A DNA stretch of 64,000 bases from Candidatus Bathyarchaeota archaeon (GCA_963828195.1 CAWHDT010000001.1:320001-384000); one strand, 5' to 3'. Counted from the first letter of the stretch, positions 1-9,844 are shown. Translations and numbers: made by a program. Notes: generated from the letters alone by a model not told the origin.

Positions 1-1195
1 TGCCTTGGTCGGATCCGAAAAACCCATAATCGAAGGCATCCGCGACATAGTGGAGAAACGTACAGGCATACCGGTTATTTGCCCGAAGCAACACTGCGCC
101 ATTGAAGTCAGCAAAATTGAGCAGCGCCTGCTATTCCAAGAGATTGCCCCCGAAGCCAATCCACGTTTCAAAATCTTTGATCCAGCCGACTACAAAGGCG
201 AAGCGGAGGTTAAAAGCGCCGTGTATCGTTGGCTAGATGAACTTGACAATCAAGCAGTTGTGAAGCCTGATAAGCCTGCTTTGGGAAAGGGCGTGGGCGT
301 CTGGGGCGACCACTTCGCAACGCGTGAGCAGCTTTTTGAGAATTTCATGTCCAATTTCAAGTATGGCTCTGTTATTATTGAAGAAAAAATTGATGGGGAA
401 GAATCAAGTTTCATGGCTTTCTGCGACGGCAAACACTTTATTCCTCTGCCAGATACACGCGATTACAAACGCGCTTTCGACGACGATAAAGGTCCAAACA
501 CCGGCGGCATGGGCTCCTACAAAGACGCAGGTTACACTTTGCCCTTCTTGACAGCCTCCGAGCGTGAGCAGGAGCTTGCGTTAGCTAACAAGATTTTCAA
601 GGGTTGGTGTTCCAAAATCAACGATGACACCGCCCTCAGAGGTGTGCCTCTGTATCTTGCTTTCATGCACACCGGCAAGGGCATTAAGGTTCTTGAGATC
701 AACAGTCGCCCAGGAGACCCAGAAATAATAAATTTGTTAGCGCTAATTCAAGATGATTTTGTTGAGTTATGCTTAGAAATGGTTGAGGGCAGCCTAGCGA
801 ACGTCAAATTAAAGAACGCTGCCTCCGTCTTAATTTACAAAGTTCCCTCGGACTATGGAGGCTACGCAGACAATTTCCCAGATAAGATTGATGAGCAATC
901 AATTAACGGTCCAGTTGACCTTTCAAAAGCCCAAGCATTAATTACAAAATACGGCAACAACATCCGCGTTTACCCCGGCTCAATGGAAACAAGAGACGGC
1001 AAAAACTACGCTCTTAAATCACGAGCCGTCGGCGTCCTAGGCATCGGGGACAGCATTGAGGAGGCACGCCAAATCAGCCAAGAAGGCGCCAAAGCAATTA
1101 CCGGCGGAGCATTATGGAACCGAACCAACGTTGCCTCAGAGGAGCACATAGCAAAAAGCATCCGCCATATGGAGAGTTTGAGGGGCAACATGTGA
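1..1195 (+). CDS. purD: phosphoribosylamine--glycine ligase, 5' end outside window
   Basis: ATP-grasp motifs VVKP..GKGV, IIEEKIDGEE, DYKRAFDDDKGPNTGGMGS, EINSRPGDPE. Confidence 0.93.
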   Translation, partial: ALVGSEKPIIEGIRDIVEKRTGIPVICPKQHCAIEVSKIEQRLLFQEIAPEANPRFKIFDPADYKGEAEVKSAVYRWLDELDNQAVVKPDKPALGKGVGVWGDHFATREQLFENFMSNFKYGSVIIEEKIDGEESSFMAFCDGKHFIPLPDTRDYKRAFDDDKGPNTGGMGSYKDAGYTLPFLTASEREQELALANKIFKGWCSKINDDTALRGVPLYLAFMHTGKGIKVLEINSRPGDPEIINLLALIQDDFVELCLEMVEGSLANVKLKNAASVLIYKVPSDYGGYADNFPDKIDEQSINGPVDLSKAQALITKYGNNIRVYPGSMETRDGKNYALKSRAVGVLGIGDSIEEARQISQEGAKAITGGALWNRTNVASEEHIAKSIRHMESLRGNM

Positions 1196-2274
1196 AGCGC
1201 ATCTTCATATCTGACTGCGAGGGACCAATCTCAAAAAATGACAACGCCTTCGAGTTAGCCACCAACTTTATTCCAAACGGCGACAGCCTTTTCGCTAACA
1301 TCAGCAAATACGATGATGTGCTGGCGGATGTGCTCCAAAAACCAGGCTACTCCGCCGGCAGCACGCTAAAATTAATTTTACCCTTCTTCAAAGCCTACGG
1401 CGTAACCGACAAGCAGATGGAAGATTTCTCAGCCAACAACATCGTATTAATCGCCAACAGCCAAACCACCCTGAACCACGTACAAGCCATAGCCCACGCG
1501 TTTATCGTCAGCACCAGCTACCAACACTATATCAAAGCCTTATGCAGAGCACTCAACTTCCCCTACAAAAACACGTACTGCACAAAAGTAACCCTTGACA
1601 AATGCGCCATCACCCCCCAAGAAAAAGACTGCCTGAAAAAAATAGCCCAAGAAATTACCCAAATGCACCTAATCGATATCCCTCAAGACGCAAAAACCCT
1701 TAAAGATTTTTCACATGGTGACCAAGCGGCTATTACGCGTTTAGATGAGATTTTCTGGAGTGAAATCCCAAAGATGTTCATTGGCAAATTCCTCGTGGAT
1801 GTGGTGACGGTCGGCGGGGAACAGAAAGCTGAGGCAATCCACGATGCCGCGAAGCGGTCGGGAGCAGACTTAGCGGATGTCATGTATGTGGGAGACAGTA
1901 TAACGGATGTGGAAGCCTTCAAGCTGGTTCGAGCAAACGGCGGCTTAACCGTATCTTTCAACGGCAACATTTATGCAGTTAAAAATGCTGAAGCAGCGGT
2001 TATGTCGGAAAACAGTCTTGTCACAGCTGTGATTGCTGACTTGTTCTGCAGATTCGGAAAAGAAAAAACAATAAGCGCCGTTGAGTCATGGAGTTACGAT
2101 ATTCTCAAAAAAAGCGGCGTAAACGATGTTTTGTTGAGACAGTTTTCAGGTTTGTATGCTGATGCTCTGCCCAAAGCCCAAATAGTAACTGCCCAAAACA
2201 TGGAATCGCTTATAAAAGAAAGCAGCGAATTCAGAAAAAAAGTTAGAGGCGTAGAAGTTGGGGGGCTCGGATAA
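1192..2274 (+). CDS. HAD-superfamily phosphohydrolase (EhaR/COG4030-like)
   Basis: Motif I variant FISDCEGP, motif IV YVGDSITD. Likely start is GTG 1192, overlapping the purD stop (GTGA), not the track start at 1114. Confidence 0.8.
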   Translation: MKRIFISDCEGPISKNDNAFELATNFIPNGDSLFANISKYDDVLADVLQKPGYSAGSTLKLILPFFKAYGVTDKQMEDFSANNIVLIANSQTTLNHVQAIAHAFIVSTSYQHYIKALCRALNFPYKNTYCTKVTLDKCAITPQEKDCLKKIAQEITQMHLIDIPQDAKTLKDFSHGDQAAITRLDEIFWSEIPKMFIGKFLVDVVTVGGEQKAEAIHDAAKRSGADLADVMYVGDSITDVEAFKLVRANGGLTVSFNGNIYAVKNAEAAVMSENSLVTAVIADLFCRFGKEKTISAVESWSYDILKKSGVNDVLLRQFSGLYADALPKAQIVTAQNMESLIKESSEFRKKVRGVEVGGLG

Positions 2275-3185
2275 TGCCCGTTGAGGCGGAAATAGAAGAT
2301 ACCTTTGCTGAAGCGTTTAGAGGAATCTTTTGCAGAATCATCGTAACAGCAGACGACGTGGAAACTTTGCGTAAGGCCGCTGAAGACTCAACGGCAACTC
2401 CCTCCGTTGTGATCGGCAGGACGGAAGGAGGCGTCGAGAAATACCTCAGCAAAAAAGAAACCCCTGACCAGCGGATAGGCGCATTACTGCAGCTCTGGGG
2501 ACAAATAAACCCCAAAAAAAGTTTTGAGCAGTCTCTGAAAAAATTTGAAACCGAGCTTTCATACCGTATTCGCCAGGACATTTTGGTAAAGCCATTCACC
2601 GCCGTCTACGACGCTTTGCCTAAGGCTGAAGGCAAAATCGACCTGATGGAGACAGTTGGGCACTGCGGCGACGGGTACGAGTGGGTTGAAAAGCGGCATG
2701 GAAGAGAAGTCATCGTTGTCCCGCTGATGGTTCCAGACTTCATCATTGAACAGTGCATAGGTTACAGCTACGGCGTTATGGGCGGCAACTTTTGGGTAAT
2801 GTGCAAAACAAAACAAGCCTTACAGCAAGCAGCAGAGAAAGCTTTGGCAGCTGTCCACAAAATGCCTGGCATAGTTACGCCTTTTGATGTATGCTCAGCA
2901 GGCTCCAAGCCAGAAACGCATTTTCCAAAGATTGGACCAACCACAAACCATCAGTATTGCCCCTCTCTTAAGGCGCATTTAGGTAAAGAATCCCTTGTCC
3001 CAGAAGGTGTTGGTTATATAGCTGAGGTCGTTTTTGATGGTGTTTCTTTAGATGCTGTTAAAGAGGCGACAAAAGCAGGAGTCAAAGCAGTGTTAAGTAT
3101 TGATGGAGTTGTAAAGGTTTCCGCTGGCAACTACGGCGGCAAATTAGGAGACTACAAAATATTTTTGCGGGAGCTTTTTCCATGA
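2274..3185 (+). CDS. ftr: formylmethanofuran--tetrahydromethanopterin formyltransferase family protein (Ftr or EhaS-like paralogue)
   Basis: IEDTFAEAF N-terminus, GVMGGNF, AGSK, PTTNHQYCPSL, VSAGNYGGKLG. TAATG overlap with upstream gene. Confidence 0.85.
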   Translation: MPVEAEIEDTFAEAFRGIFCRIIVTADDVETLRKAAEDSTATPSVVIGRTEGGVEKYLSKKETPDQRIGALLQLWGQINPKKSFEQSLKKFETELSYRIRQDILVKPFTAVYDALPKAEGKIDLMETVGHCGDGYEWVEKRHGREVIVVPLMVPDFIIEQCIGYSYGVMGGNFWVMCKTKQALQQAAEKALAAVHKMPGIVTPFDVCSAGSKPETHFPKIGPTTNHQYCPSLKAHLGKESLVPEGVGYIAEVVFDGVSLDAVKEATKAGVKAVLSIDGVVKVSAGNYGGKLGDYKIFLRELFP

Positions 3186-4096
3186 TTAAATTTGACGTCG
3201 TCGGTTTCGGCGCGCTCAATGTTGACATGCTTTTCAAAGTTGACAAGCTTGCGGGAGCTGAAGAAGAACGCTTCATCGAAGACTACACTGAAGCTTGCGG
3301 CGGCTCAGCAGCGAACACAGTTGTTGGGTTGGCGAGGCTGGGCTGCAAAACAGGTTTCATAGGAAAAGTAGCTAATGATCGAGAAGGCAAAATGCAAATG
3401 GATTGTTTCAGCAACGAAGGCGTCAACACCAGCGGCATCATTGAGGCAAAACAGGGCAAGAGCGGTTCAGTGATGGGTTTCGTGGACAAGAAAGGTGCCC
3501 GGGCGTTGTACATTAACTCAGGCGTCAACGACACAATTGAGCCCCGCGAAATAAACTACAGTTACCTTTCGGAGACAAAATTCCTGCATCAATCCTCTTT
3601 TGTCGGAGAAAAAAGTTTTCGTGCACAAAAAAAGCTTTTGGCAGCTTTGCCCAGCGATGTTAAAATCAGTTTTGACCCTGGCTCAGTTTACGCTCAGAAG
3701 GGTTTTGCAGCCATAGAGCCGCTAATCAGAAGCTCTTATGCCTTGATGCCTAACGCTGTTGAACTTGAACTGTTAACGGGGGAAGCTGACTACCGCGACG
3801 GCGCAGATCTGATGATTGGGCTGGGCGTCAAAATTGTCGCCGTTAAACTTGGAAGCAACGGCTGTTATGTCACCGACGGCGAGCAAAAGCTAAGGATTGA
3901 ACCATTCAAAGTAAAGGTGGTTGACACGACCGGTGCCGGAGACGCTTTCTGCGCTGGTTTCCTCTACGGTTTAATCAACAGCAAAAGCCTCTATGAGTGT
4001 GGTCGACTGGGAAATTTTGTTGCATCCCGAAGCGTCACCGCGATGGGTGCCCGCGTTGGCCTGCCGTACGCGAAGGATTTAGCATTTCTTTATTAA
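3182..4096 (+). CDS. PfkB/ribokinase-family (nucleoside/sugar) kinase
   Basis: GGSAAN...LARLG and VDTTGAGDAFCAGFL signatures. ATGA overlap with upstream gene. Confidence 0.92.
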   Translation: MIKFDVVGFGALNVDMLFKVDKLAGAEEERFIEDYTEACGGSAANTVVGLARLGCKTGFIGKVANDREGKMQMDCFSNEGVNTSGIIEAKQGKSGSVMGFVDKKGARALYINSGVNDTIEPREINYSYLSETKFLHQSSFVGEKSFRAQKKLLAALPSDVKISFDPGSVYAQKGFAAIEPLIRSSYALMPNAVELELLTGEADYRDGADLMIGLGVKIVAVKLGSNGCYVTDGEQKLRIEPFKVKVVDTTGAGDAFCAGFLYGLINSKSLYECGRLGNFVASRSVTAMGARVGLPYAKDLAFLY

Positions 4097-4900
4097 ATTG
4101 TCAATTATGCTTTGGAAAATCAGTTTTCCGTCGCCATACTGCAGCATTTGCTGTTGGCGTGTCCAGTCGGGTTGCTGCCACCAGTACATGGCTCTCTCGG
4201 GATGCGGCATTAAACCGAAGATGTTTCCTTCCCTGTTGCATATGCCTGCGATGTCGTGGAAGGCGCCGTTGGGGTTAGCTGGATATTTGCCGTCGGCGAC
4301 GTTGCCGTTTTTGTCGCAGTAGCGGAAAACAACCATGTCCTCATCTATCAGCCTTGCAAGTATTTCTTCTTCCTTATCTTTTGGAAACAGCAATCTGCCT
4401 TCTCCATGGGCAATCGGCATCTTGACCACTTTTCCAGCTGGAATTTTGCTTGAGAACATGCATTTGCCTTTATTTTCGTGTTTGAGGTAAATCCACTGGC
4501 ACTTGAATCCCGCTGGCTCGTTTGTCGTTAATGTCGCTTCTGGATACTTGCTCATTCCCTCAAGTCCTGGAAGCAAGCCGTATTCAACCAGAATCTGGAA
4601 GCCGTTGCATATGCCCAGAATCGGTCTTCCTTCATCAATAAAGGTTTCAATTTCCTTCCCTAACTTGGCGCTGAGCCACCTTGCAAAAATGACTCCTGAA
4701 CGCACATAATCGCCGAACGAGAAGCCGCCTGGAAAAACCATCACCTGATAATCCAGCAGGTTTTTGCGTTTTATCAATTCGTTAACATGCAAGGTTTCTG
4801 CTTGAACGCCCAGCTCCAAAAAAGCCCTGTGAGTTTCAGCGTCGCAGTTGGTTCCGCCGACACGCAAAACGCAGACCTTGATTTCTTCTTGTAACATCAA
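4079..4900 (-). CDS. purQ: FGAM synthase glutaminase subunit
   Basis: GTNCDAET, PGGFSFGD, LGICNGFQIL, GLMPHPER. Confidence 0.96.
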   Translation of the reverse strand: MMLQEEIKVCVLRVGGTNCDAETHRAFLELGVQAETLHVNELIKRKNLLDYQVMVFPGGFSFGDYVRSGVIFARWLSAKLGKEIETFIDEGRPILGICNGFQILVEYGLLPGLEGMSKYPEATLTTNEPAGFKCQWIYLKHENKGKCMFSSKIPAGKVVKMPIAHGEGRLLFPKDKEEEILARLIDEDMVVFRYCDKNGNVADGKYPANPNGAFHDIAGICNREGNIFGLMPHPERAMYWWQQPDWTRQQQMLQYGDGKLIFQSIIDNLIKKC

Positions 4901-7278
4901 TATTCCCCGCTTAACGTTTTTTTCCAGCTATGCCTCAACTCAGCAAGTGAAGCGTCAACGACTGTTTTTTGGTTTAAACCGTGGATTAGCAGTTTTTGGT
5001 CTTTAGTTACTTTGCCGATTTGAGCACAATTTTTGCCCTTCATTAACGCTTCAAATTGGTGTTTGTCGGTTTCTGAGACTTCAATGAGGAAGCGGCTGTT
5101 AGATTCTGAAAACAGTACAAAGTCATTTCGCGCAAGCTCTCTGCCAAGCACTTTAGCTAAATCCAGCTCCAAGCCCAAGCCGCCTGCAAACGCCATTTCC
5201 GCCGCCGCCACCGCCAATCCGCCTTCAGACAGGTCGTGGCACGACTTGATTAAGCCCAAGTCAATGGCTTTTGTTACGGCTTTGAATGTGCGTTTGGCTT
5301 TCGCTCCCTTCACTTTGGGAACGCTTGCGCCTAAGCAGCCTCTGAGTTTGTAGTATTCTGAACCGCCCAGTTCATTGAATGTTTCTCCGATTAGGTAGAG
5401 CAGGTTGCCGTGTGCTTTCAAATCCATAGATGTAGTGACTTGAATATTGGGAATTATACCTACAGCGGTTATCAGAAGCGTCGGCGTGACGGGACCCATC
5501 GGGGACTCGTTGTAGAGGCTGTCTTTTCCCGAGATAAACGGCGTCCTAAAAGCTGTTGCGAAGTCATAGCAGGCTTCACAGGCTCTCACAAGCGAGCCTA
5601 ACCGCTCCGGTTTCTCTGGGTTGCCCCACGTGAAGTTATCCAGCAGCGAAATTCTTCTTCCGCCGACGGCAACGTTGTTTCTGACTGCCTCATCAATAGC
5701 TGAAGCAGCCATCCAGTAAGCATCAATCTTTCCATAATTCGGGTTCATCCCGCATGAAATAGCCAAGCCCTTCCATGAGTCATCGAGTGGTTTCAGAACC
5801 GCCGCGTCGTTTGGTCCCGCGTACTCACCCTGTAAGGGTTTTAGCGTTGTATTTCCTTTTACTTCATGGTCATATGTGCGAATCACACTTTCTTTGCTGG
5901 CGATGTTTGGTGCAGAAAGAAGCTGCAGCAGGGTTTCAGTTAGGTTTTCTGGCTGCGAAAACTCGGGCTCCAAGAGCTTGAAGGTTTCAATGATTGCTGT
6001 TTTCGTGCTGCTGCAGGGGTTAAACAGAAAAGTCATGTCTATATCGGCTACTTTCTGGCCGTTGAAATTAAGCTGTAGACGACGTTGGGTTGTTAGTTTG
6101 CCTATTGCTGTGGCTTGAACGTCTTCTTTCTCAAAAATTGCCATAACTCGCTCAAGGTTTTCGGGCGGAACTGTTATGAGCATTCTTTCTTGGGATTCTG
6201 ATATGTAAATTTCCCATGGAGCTAAACCCTGATACTTCAACGGCACCTTATCTAGTTCAACGATTGTTCCGCAGCCGAATTTTTCAGCTGTTTCGCCGAC
6301 TGCCGACGACAAGCCTCCTCCCCCGAGGTCAGTTGTTGAAGACGCTAATTGCACGTCACGGATTTCTATTATTGCCCGCTTAACTTTTTCTTCTTCAATC
6401 GGGTCAGCAATCTGCACGGCGGGGCGAGAGATTTCTTCTGATTTTTCGGTTAGTTCGGCTGAGGCGAAGGTTACGCCGTGTATGCCGTCGCGCCCTGTTT
6501 TTCCGCCTGCCAAAACGATTATGTGTTCGGGTTTGGCGTTTTTGACGAATTTGTTTAACGGTAAGAGTCCTATGCACCCGCAGTACACTGTGACGTTGCC
6601 TGTGTAGCTTTCGTCAAAGTAGATTGCCCCGTTGACAGTGGGGATGCCCATGTTGTTGCCATACGCGCTGATGCCTGCAGTGACGCCCATGTACACGTAT
6701 TTTGGGTGTTTTATACCGGCGGGCAACTTTTTGTAATCGTAATCTAGCGGTCCGAAGCCTAAAACGTCGGTGCAAGCGATTGGGTCAGCCCAGACGCCTA
6801 AGATGTCTCGAATTACGCCGCCGACACCTGTTGCTGCGCCGCCGAAGGGTTCAATTGCGGACGGGTGGTTGTGTGTTTCCACTTTTGCCGCTATTCCATA
6901 GCCCTTGTCGAAGCGAACGATACCGGCATTGTCTTCGAAGACGCTGAAGCACCATGGCGCCCTGATTTCTTTGGTGGCTTTTGCAATGTAGGTTTTGAAT
7001 AGGCTGTCGATTTCTCTGTCGCCGATTCGGATTTTTCCTTTGAAGGTTTTGTGGCAGCAGTGTTCTGACCATGTTTGGCTGATTGTCTGCAGTTCCACAT
7101 CGGTCGGGTTCCTGTCTTCCTTAATAAAATAAGCTTGTGTAGCCTTCATTTCGTCTAAGCTTAATCCTAAGGCGAGTTCGCTGCTGATTTCGACTAGTTG
7201 CTGGTCGCTGGCTTTTGCCAACGCAACCTGGAGGAGTGCGCTGCCGGCTTTGCTTTGGATGTAGAGGTTAGCGTTCAT
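4897..7278 (-). CDS. purL: FGAM synthase subunit PurL
   Basis: WSEHCCHK, ETHNHPSAIEPFGGAATGVGG, SESQERML, ISGKDSLYN. Confidence 0.97.
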   Translation of the reverse strand: MNANLYIQSKAGSALLQVALAKASDQQLVEISSELALGLSLDEMKATQAYFIKEDRNPTDVELQTISQTWSEHCCHKTFKGKIRIGDREIDSLFKTYIAKATKEIRAPWCFSVFEDNAGIVRFDKGYGIAAKVETHNHPSAIEPFGGAATGVGGVIRDILGVWADPIACTDVLGFGPLDYDYKKLPAGIKHPKYVYMGVTAGISAYGNNMGIPTVNGAIYFDESYTGNVTVYCGCIGLLPLNKFVKNAKPEHIIVLAGGKTGRDGIHGVTFASAELTEKSEEISRPAVQIADPIEEEKVKRAIIEIRDVQLASSTTDLGGGGLSSAVGETAEKFGCGTIVELDKVPLKYQGLAPWEIYISESQERMLITVPPENLERVMAIFEKEDVQATAIGKLTTQRRLQLNFNGQKVADIDMTFLFNPCSSTKTAIIETFKLLEPEFSQPENLTETLLQLLSAPNIASKESVIRTYDHEVKGNTTLKPLQGEYAGPNDAAVLKPLDDSWKGLAISCGMNPNYGKIDAYWMAASAIDEAVRNNVAVGGRRISLLDNFTWGNPEKPERLGSLVRACEACYDFATAFRTPFISGKDSLYNESPMGPVTPTLLITAVGIIPNIQVTTSMDLKAHGNLLYLIGETFNELGGSEYYKLRGCLGASVPKVKGAKAKRTFKAVTKAIDLGLIKSCHDLSEGGLAVAAAEMAFAGGLGLELDLAKVLGRELARNDFVLFSESNSRFLIEVSETDKHQFEALMKGKNCAQIGKVTKDQKLLIHGLNQKTVVDASLAELRHSWKKTLSGEY

Positions 7279-7526
7279 TTCTGCTCCTCAACGGTTACTG
7301 TGTAGTTGTCTTTAGTTGGGTTTGCCAAAAGGCGCTTGCTCATTTCTTCAGCTTTTTCTTTAGCTTCTTGGAGTTTTGGCGCTTCCAAGGTGACTGTGTA
7401 AACTTTGCTAACATTTACCGCTTGCACTTTGTAGCCGAGTTCTTTCAGCAGGCGCGCGGTTGTTTCCCCTTCAGGATTGCTGTGACCGGGTTTAAGGCTA
7501 ACTTCAATTTTAACGCGGTATTTCAT
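7275..7526 (-). CDS. purS: FGAM synthase subunit PurS
   Basis: LKPG..NPEG and LLANP motifs, 83 aa, overlaps purL start. Confidence 0.93.
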   Translation of the reverse strand: MKYRVKIEVSLKPGHSNPEGETTARLLKELGYKVQAVNVSKVYTVTLEAPKLQEAKEKAEEMSKRLLANPTKDNYTVTVEEQK

Positions 7527-7585
7527 AAAGCCCTTAAATTAAGCAAGAAGATTTAAACGCTTTTGTACTAAAAAAAGCAAAAAGT

Positions 7586-8665
7586 TTATGTCAGCAACAT
7601 CTTTTTGTCTTGATAGCGGATTTCCACGGTTTGTCGAGAAGTTACTTTCCCGATTATTTCAGGTTTAACGCCTTCTTGCTCAAGCGCACTCATGGCTTTG
7701 TCGATTTCTTTTTTATCCACAATTAACCCAAACCCCCAGCCCATGTTGAAGGTTTTGAACATTTCCTCGTCACTGATGCTGAAGCCCAGTTCAGACGCTG
7801 TCTTTTGAATCAACCCGAATATTGGTTGAGGATTGAAGTGGTTGAATTCAAAGCCTATGCCAGGCGAGGAACCTGCAAGATTATTGAATTTCGTGTAGGC
7901 GTCGCCCGTGATGTGTACGGCTGCTTTGACCTTAACTTCGTTTGCCAGCGCAAGGACGGGTTTGACGTAAATTTCTGTGGGTTCAAGAGCTTCAAGAACG
8001 ATTTCTCTGCCTAAGCCTTCTGGGACGTCATCCGGCTCGTATTTTCCGCCCCACTGCTTGAACAATATTTTTCTTGCCATCGTTATGCCGTTGCTGTGCA
8101 ATCCGCTGCTGGGTAAACCTATAATCGGGTCGTCAGGCTTGATGTTTTCGCCAGTTATGATTTCTTGCCTCGCAACTTCACCGACGGAAGCCACCACCAT
8201 GTCAAAACCTGCGTTTTCAGCTAAGCCCTTTATTATTTCAGCTACGTCGCCTGTTTCGCCGCCTGTAACTGGGCATTGGGCTTGAGCGGCGCCCTGCATG
8301 ATTCCTTTCAGCCACTCTTTCACCAGCCCTGGGTTGCTTTCCTGCGCATGAATGTTATCTGCTATCGCAAGCGGTTTAGCTCCTGAACGGATGACGTCGT
8401 TGACCGCCATGGCTACTGCGTCGACGCCGATTGTGTCATATTTCCCCGCCAGCTGGGCTAAAAGAACTTTGGTGCCGACGCCTTCGATGACCAAGTCGAG
8501 ATAGGTGTTTTCTGTAATTGGAAAAATGTTGCCGTATGGCAGATGCATGACGCCGCCGAATAGGCTGTATTTGTAGGTTTCTTTGAGGTTTTTGAGCGCT
8601 TTTTTGGATTCCACGCGTTGCTGGCGGTTTACGCCTGCATCTGTGTATGTGTAGTTTTTAGGCAA
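7586..8665 (-). CDS. purM: AIR synthetase
   Basis: YTDAGV, GVGTK, GGETGD, SSGLHSNG, HITG, TFNMGWG. Confidence 0.95.
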   Translation of the reverse strand: MPKNYTYTDAGVNRQQRVESKKALKNLKETYKYSLFGGVMHLPYGNIFPITENTYLDLVIEGVGTKVLLAQLAGKYDTIGVDAVAMAVNDVIRSGAKPLAIADNIHAQESNPGLVKEWLKGIMQGAAQAQCPVTGGETGDVAEIIKGLAENAGFDMVVASVGEVARQEIITGENIKPDDPIIGLPSSGLHSNGITMARKILFKQWGGKYEPDDVPEGLGREIVLEALEPTEIYVKPVLALANEVKVKAAVHITGDAYTKFNNLAGSSPGIGFEFNHFNPQPIFGLIQKTASELGFSISDEEMFKTFNMGWGFGLIVDKKEIDKAMSALEQEGVKPEIIGKVTSRQTVEIRYQDKKMLLT

Positions 8666-8764
8666 CCTGTTTTTCTCCCCGCTAATGTTTCTCTAAGTTA
8701 AAGATAACACTTATGCTTGTTCAAATCCGAAAGAATAAAAACCATGTGGCTTAACTCCAAAACT

Positions 8765-8885
8765 ATTTCTGAAAGTTTTTGAAAGAAGAACAACAACACC
8801 CGGGAAACAACTGTTGTTCTTCTCGGGCAATATTTTTTCAAAAGAAGAAGAAGCCTGTGAAAAGTTTTTTTCTTCTTCTTTTGCT
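8765..8885. repeat. double-hairpin intergenic element, copy 1 (related copy at about 48164-48260, opposite strand)
   Basis: Perfect inverted repeats AGAAGAACAACA/TGTTGTTCTTCT (8784-8823) and CAAAAGAAGAAGAA/TTCTTCTTCTTTTG (8839-8883). Reverse complement aligns with 48164-48260. Confidence 0.6.
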
Positions 8886-9178
8886 GTCTGTTTCTTTTTG
8901 TGGTTGTTTTTTGGCGCAAATAGTAGGCAGGTCTATAGGTAGGTCGGCGGCTTGGATTCAGGGTTTATTTTGAGCTGATTTTTTGGTTTAGAGCTTGTTT
9001 TGTTTTCAGGCTCAGGCTAGAAAAGACGCAAAAAGATACGGAAAGATTCAGGAAGATGGGAAAAAGATATAAAAAGGCAACTTTCAACACGCCTAAAGCT
9101 ATTATTCATCCGAGAACTAAGCGAACCAATATATTTACGCAAACCCAAAACAAACAGGTCCATAGTGCAGTAGCGTTT

Positions 9179-9282
9179 GCGGTCGTAGTCTAGCTTGGTA
9201 GGACATCAAAGTAACGCTATCATTAACGTTACCATGTAAGCTTCCCAAGCTGACGGCCCGGGTTCAAATCCCGGTGACCGCA
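9179..9282 (+). tRNA. tRNA-Gly(CCC) with 31-nt intron (9209-9239) at position 29/30
   Basis: Acceptor GCGGTCG/TGACCGC-A; T-arm CCGGG-TTCAAAT-CCCGG; spliced anticodon arm TCAGC-TTCCCAA-GCTGA; BHB helix ACAT/ATGT with CAA and AAG bulges. Confidence 0.93.
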
Positions 9283-9433
9283 CCTCAGCACGCCTCAACA
9301 GAAACCAGACAGCCCTCTTCCCGGACACGCTGGACGGGTTGAAAACTCGAACGAGAGTGCCACCACAAGATCAAAGTCATGTGGTTGAGGAAAAGGTAGA
9401 AGCGAAAAAAGGGAAAACTTGGCCAAATGATGC

Positions 9434-9844
9434 CTAAGGGTTTAATTGCTTAGTGTTCGTCGTTGGCTTGTGTTTTATCTTTGGGATCGTTATTTCAACG
9501 ACATTGTTGTTGTGGCACTGAGATACGATGAACAGCATGTTTTCCAGTTGCAGATCTTTTAGGTTTAACGGAATATTTCTGCTGCACACGTCACCGCAAA
9601 CAACTATTTCTGATTCTTTCTTGACATGGCACTGTTCCTTGCAAACTGTTATTCCATCATGATCCTTGTTCACATGAATACTAACTTGCTCTTCTTGACA
9701 TCTACATTGAACCAAAAGCCTAACAGTGTCTTCTTCGTCGATAACATCTATCAAAGGCTCCTCATATTGTTCAAAACTAGTGCTATCTAAGGTGGGTTTC
9801 TTAACAAGCACTTTACAGAGATTAACATCGAAACTATCTTCCAT
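9434..9844 (-). CDS. Hsp20/alpha-crystallin-like small protein, Cys-rich
   Basis: EEPLIDVIDEEDTVRLLV and NNNVVEITIPK resemble archaeal sHSP domain ends. Confidence 0.55.
   Translation of the reverse strand: MEDSFDVNLCKVLVKKPTLDSTSFEQYEEPLIDVIDEEDTVRLLVQCRCQEEQVSIHVNKDHDGITVCKEQCHVKKESEIVVCGDVCSRNIPLNLKDLQLENMLFIVSQCHNNNVVEITIPKIKHKPTTNTKQLNP

Noticed and set aside
1192-4096. Energy-converting hydrogenase Eha or methanogenesis locus
   Set aside because: No hydrogenase, membrane or ferredoxin subunits nearby; the context is purine biosynthesis
8698-8973. Short ORFs 8698-8919 and 8779-8973 (also 47912-48274, 48032-48256)
   Set aside because: Low-complexity translations of the hairpin repeat
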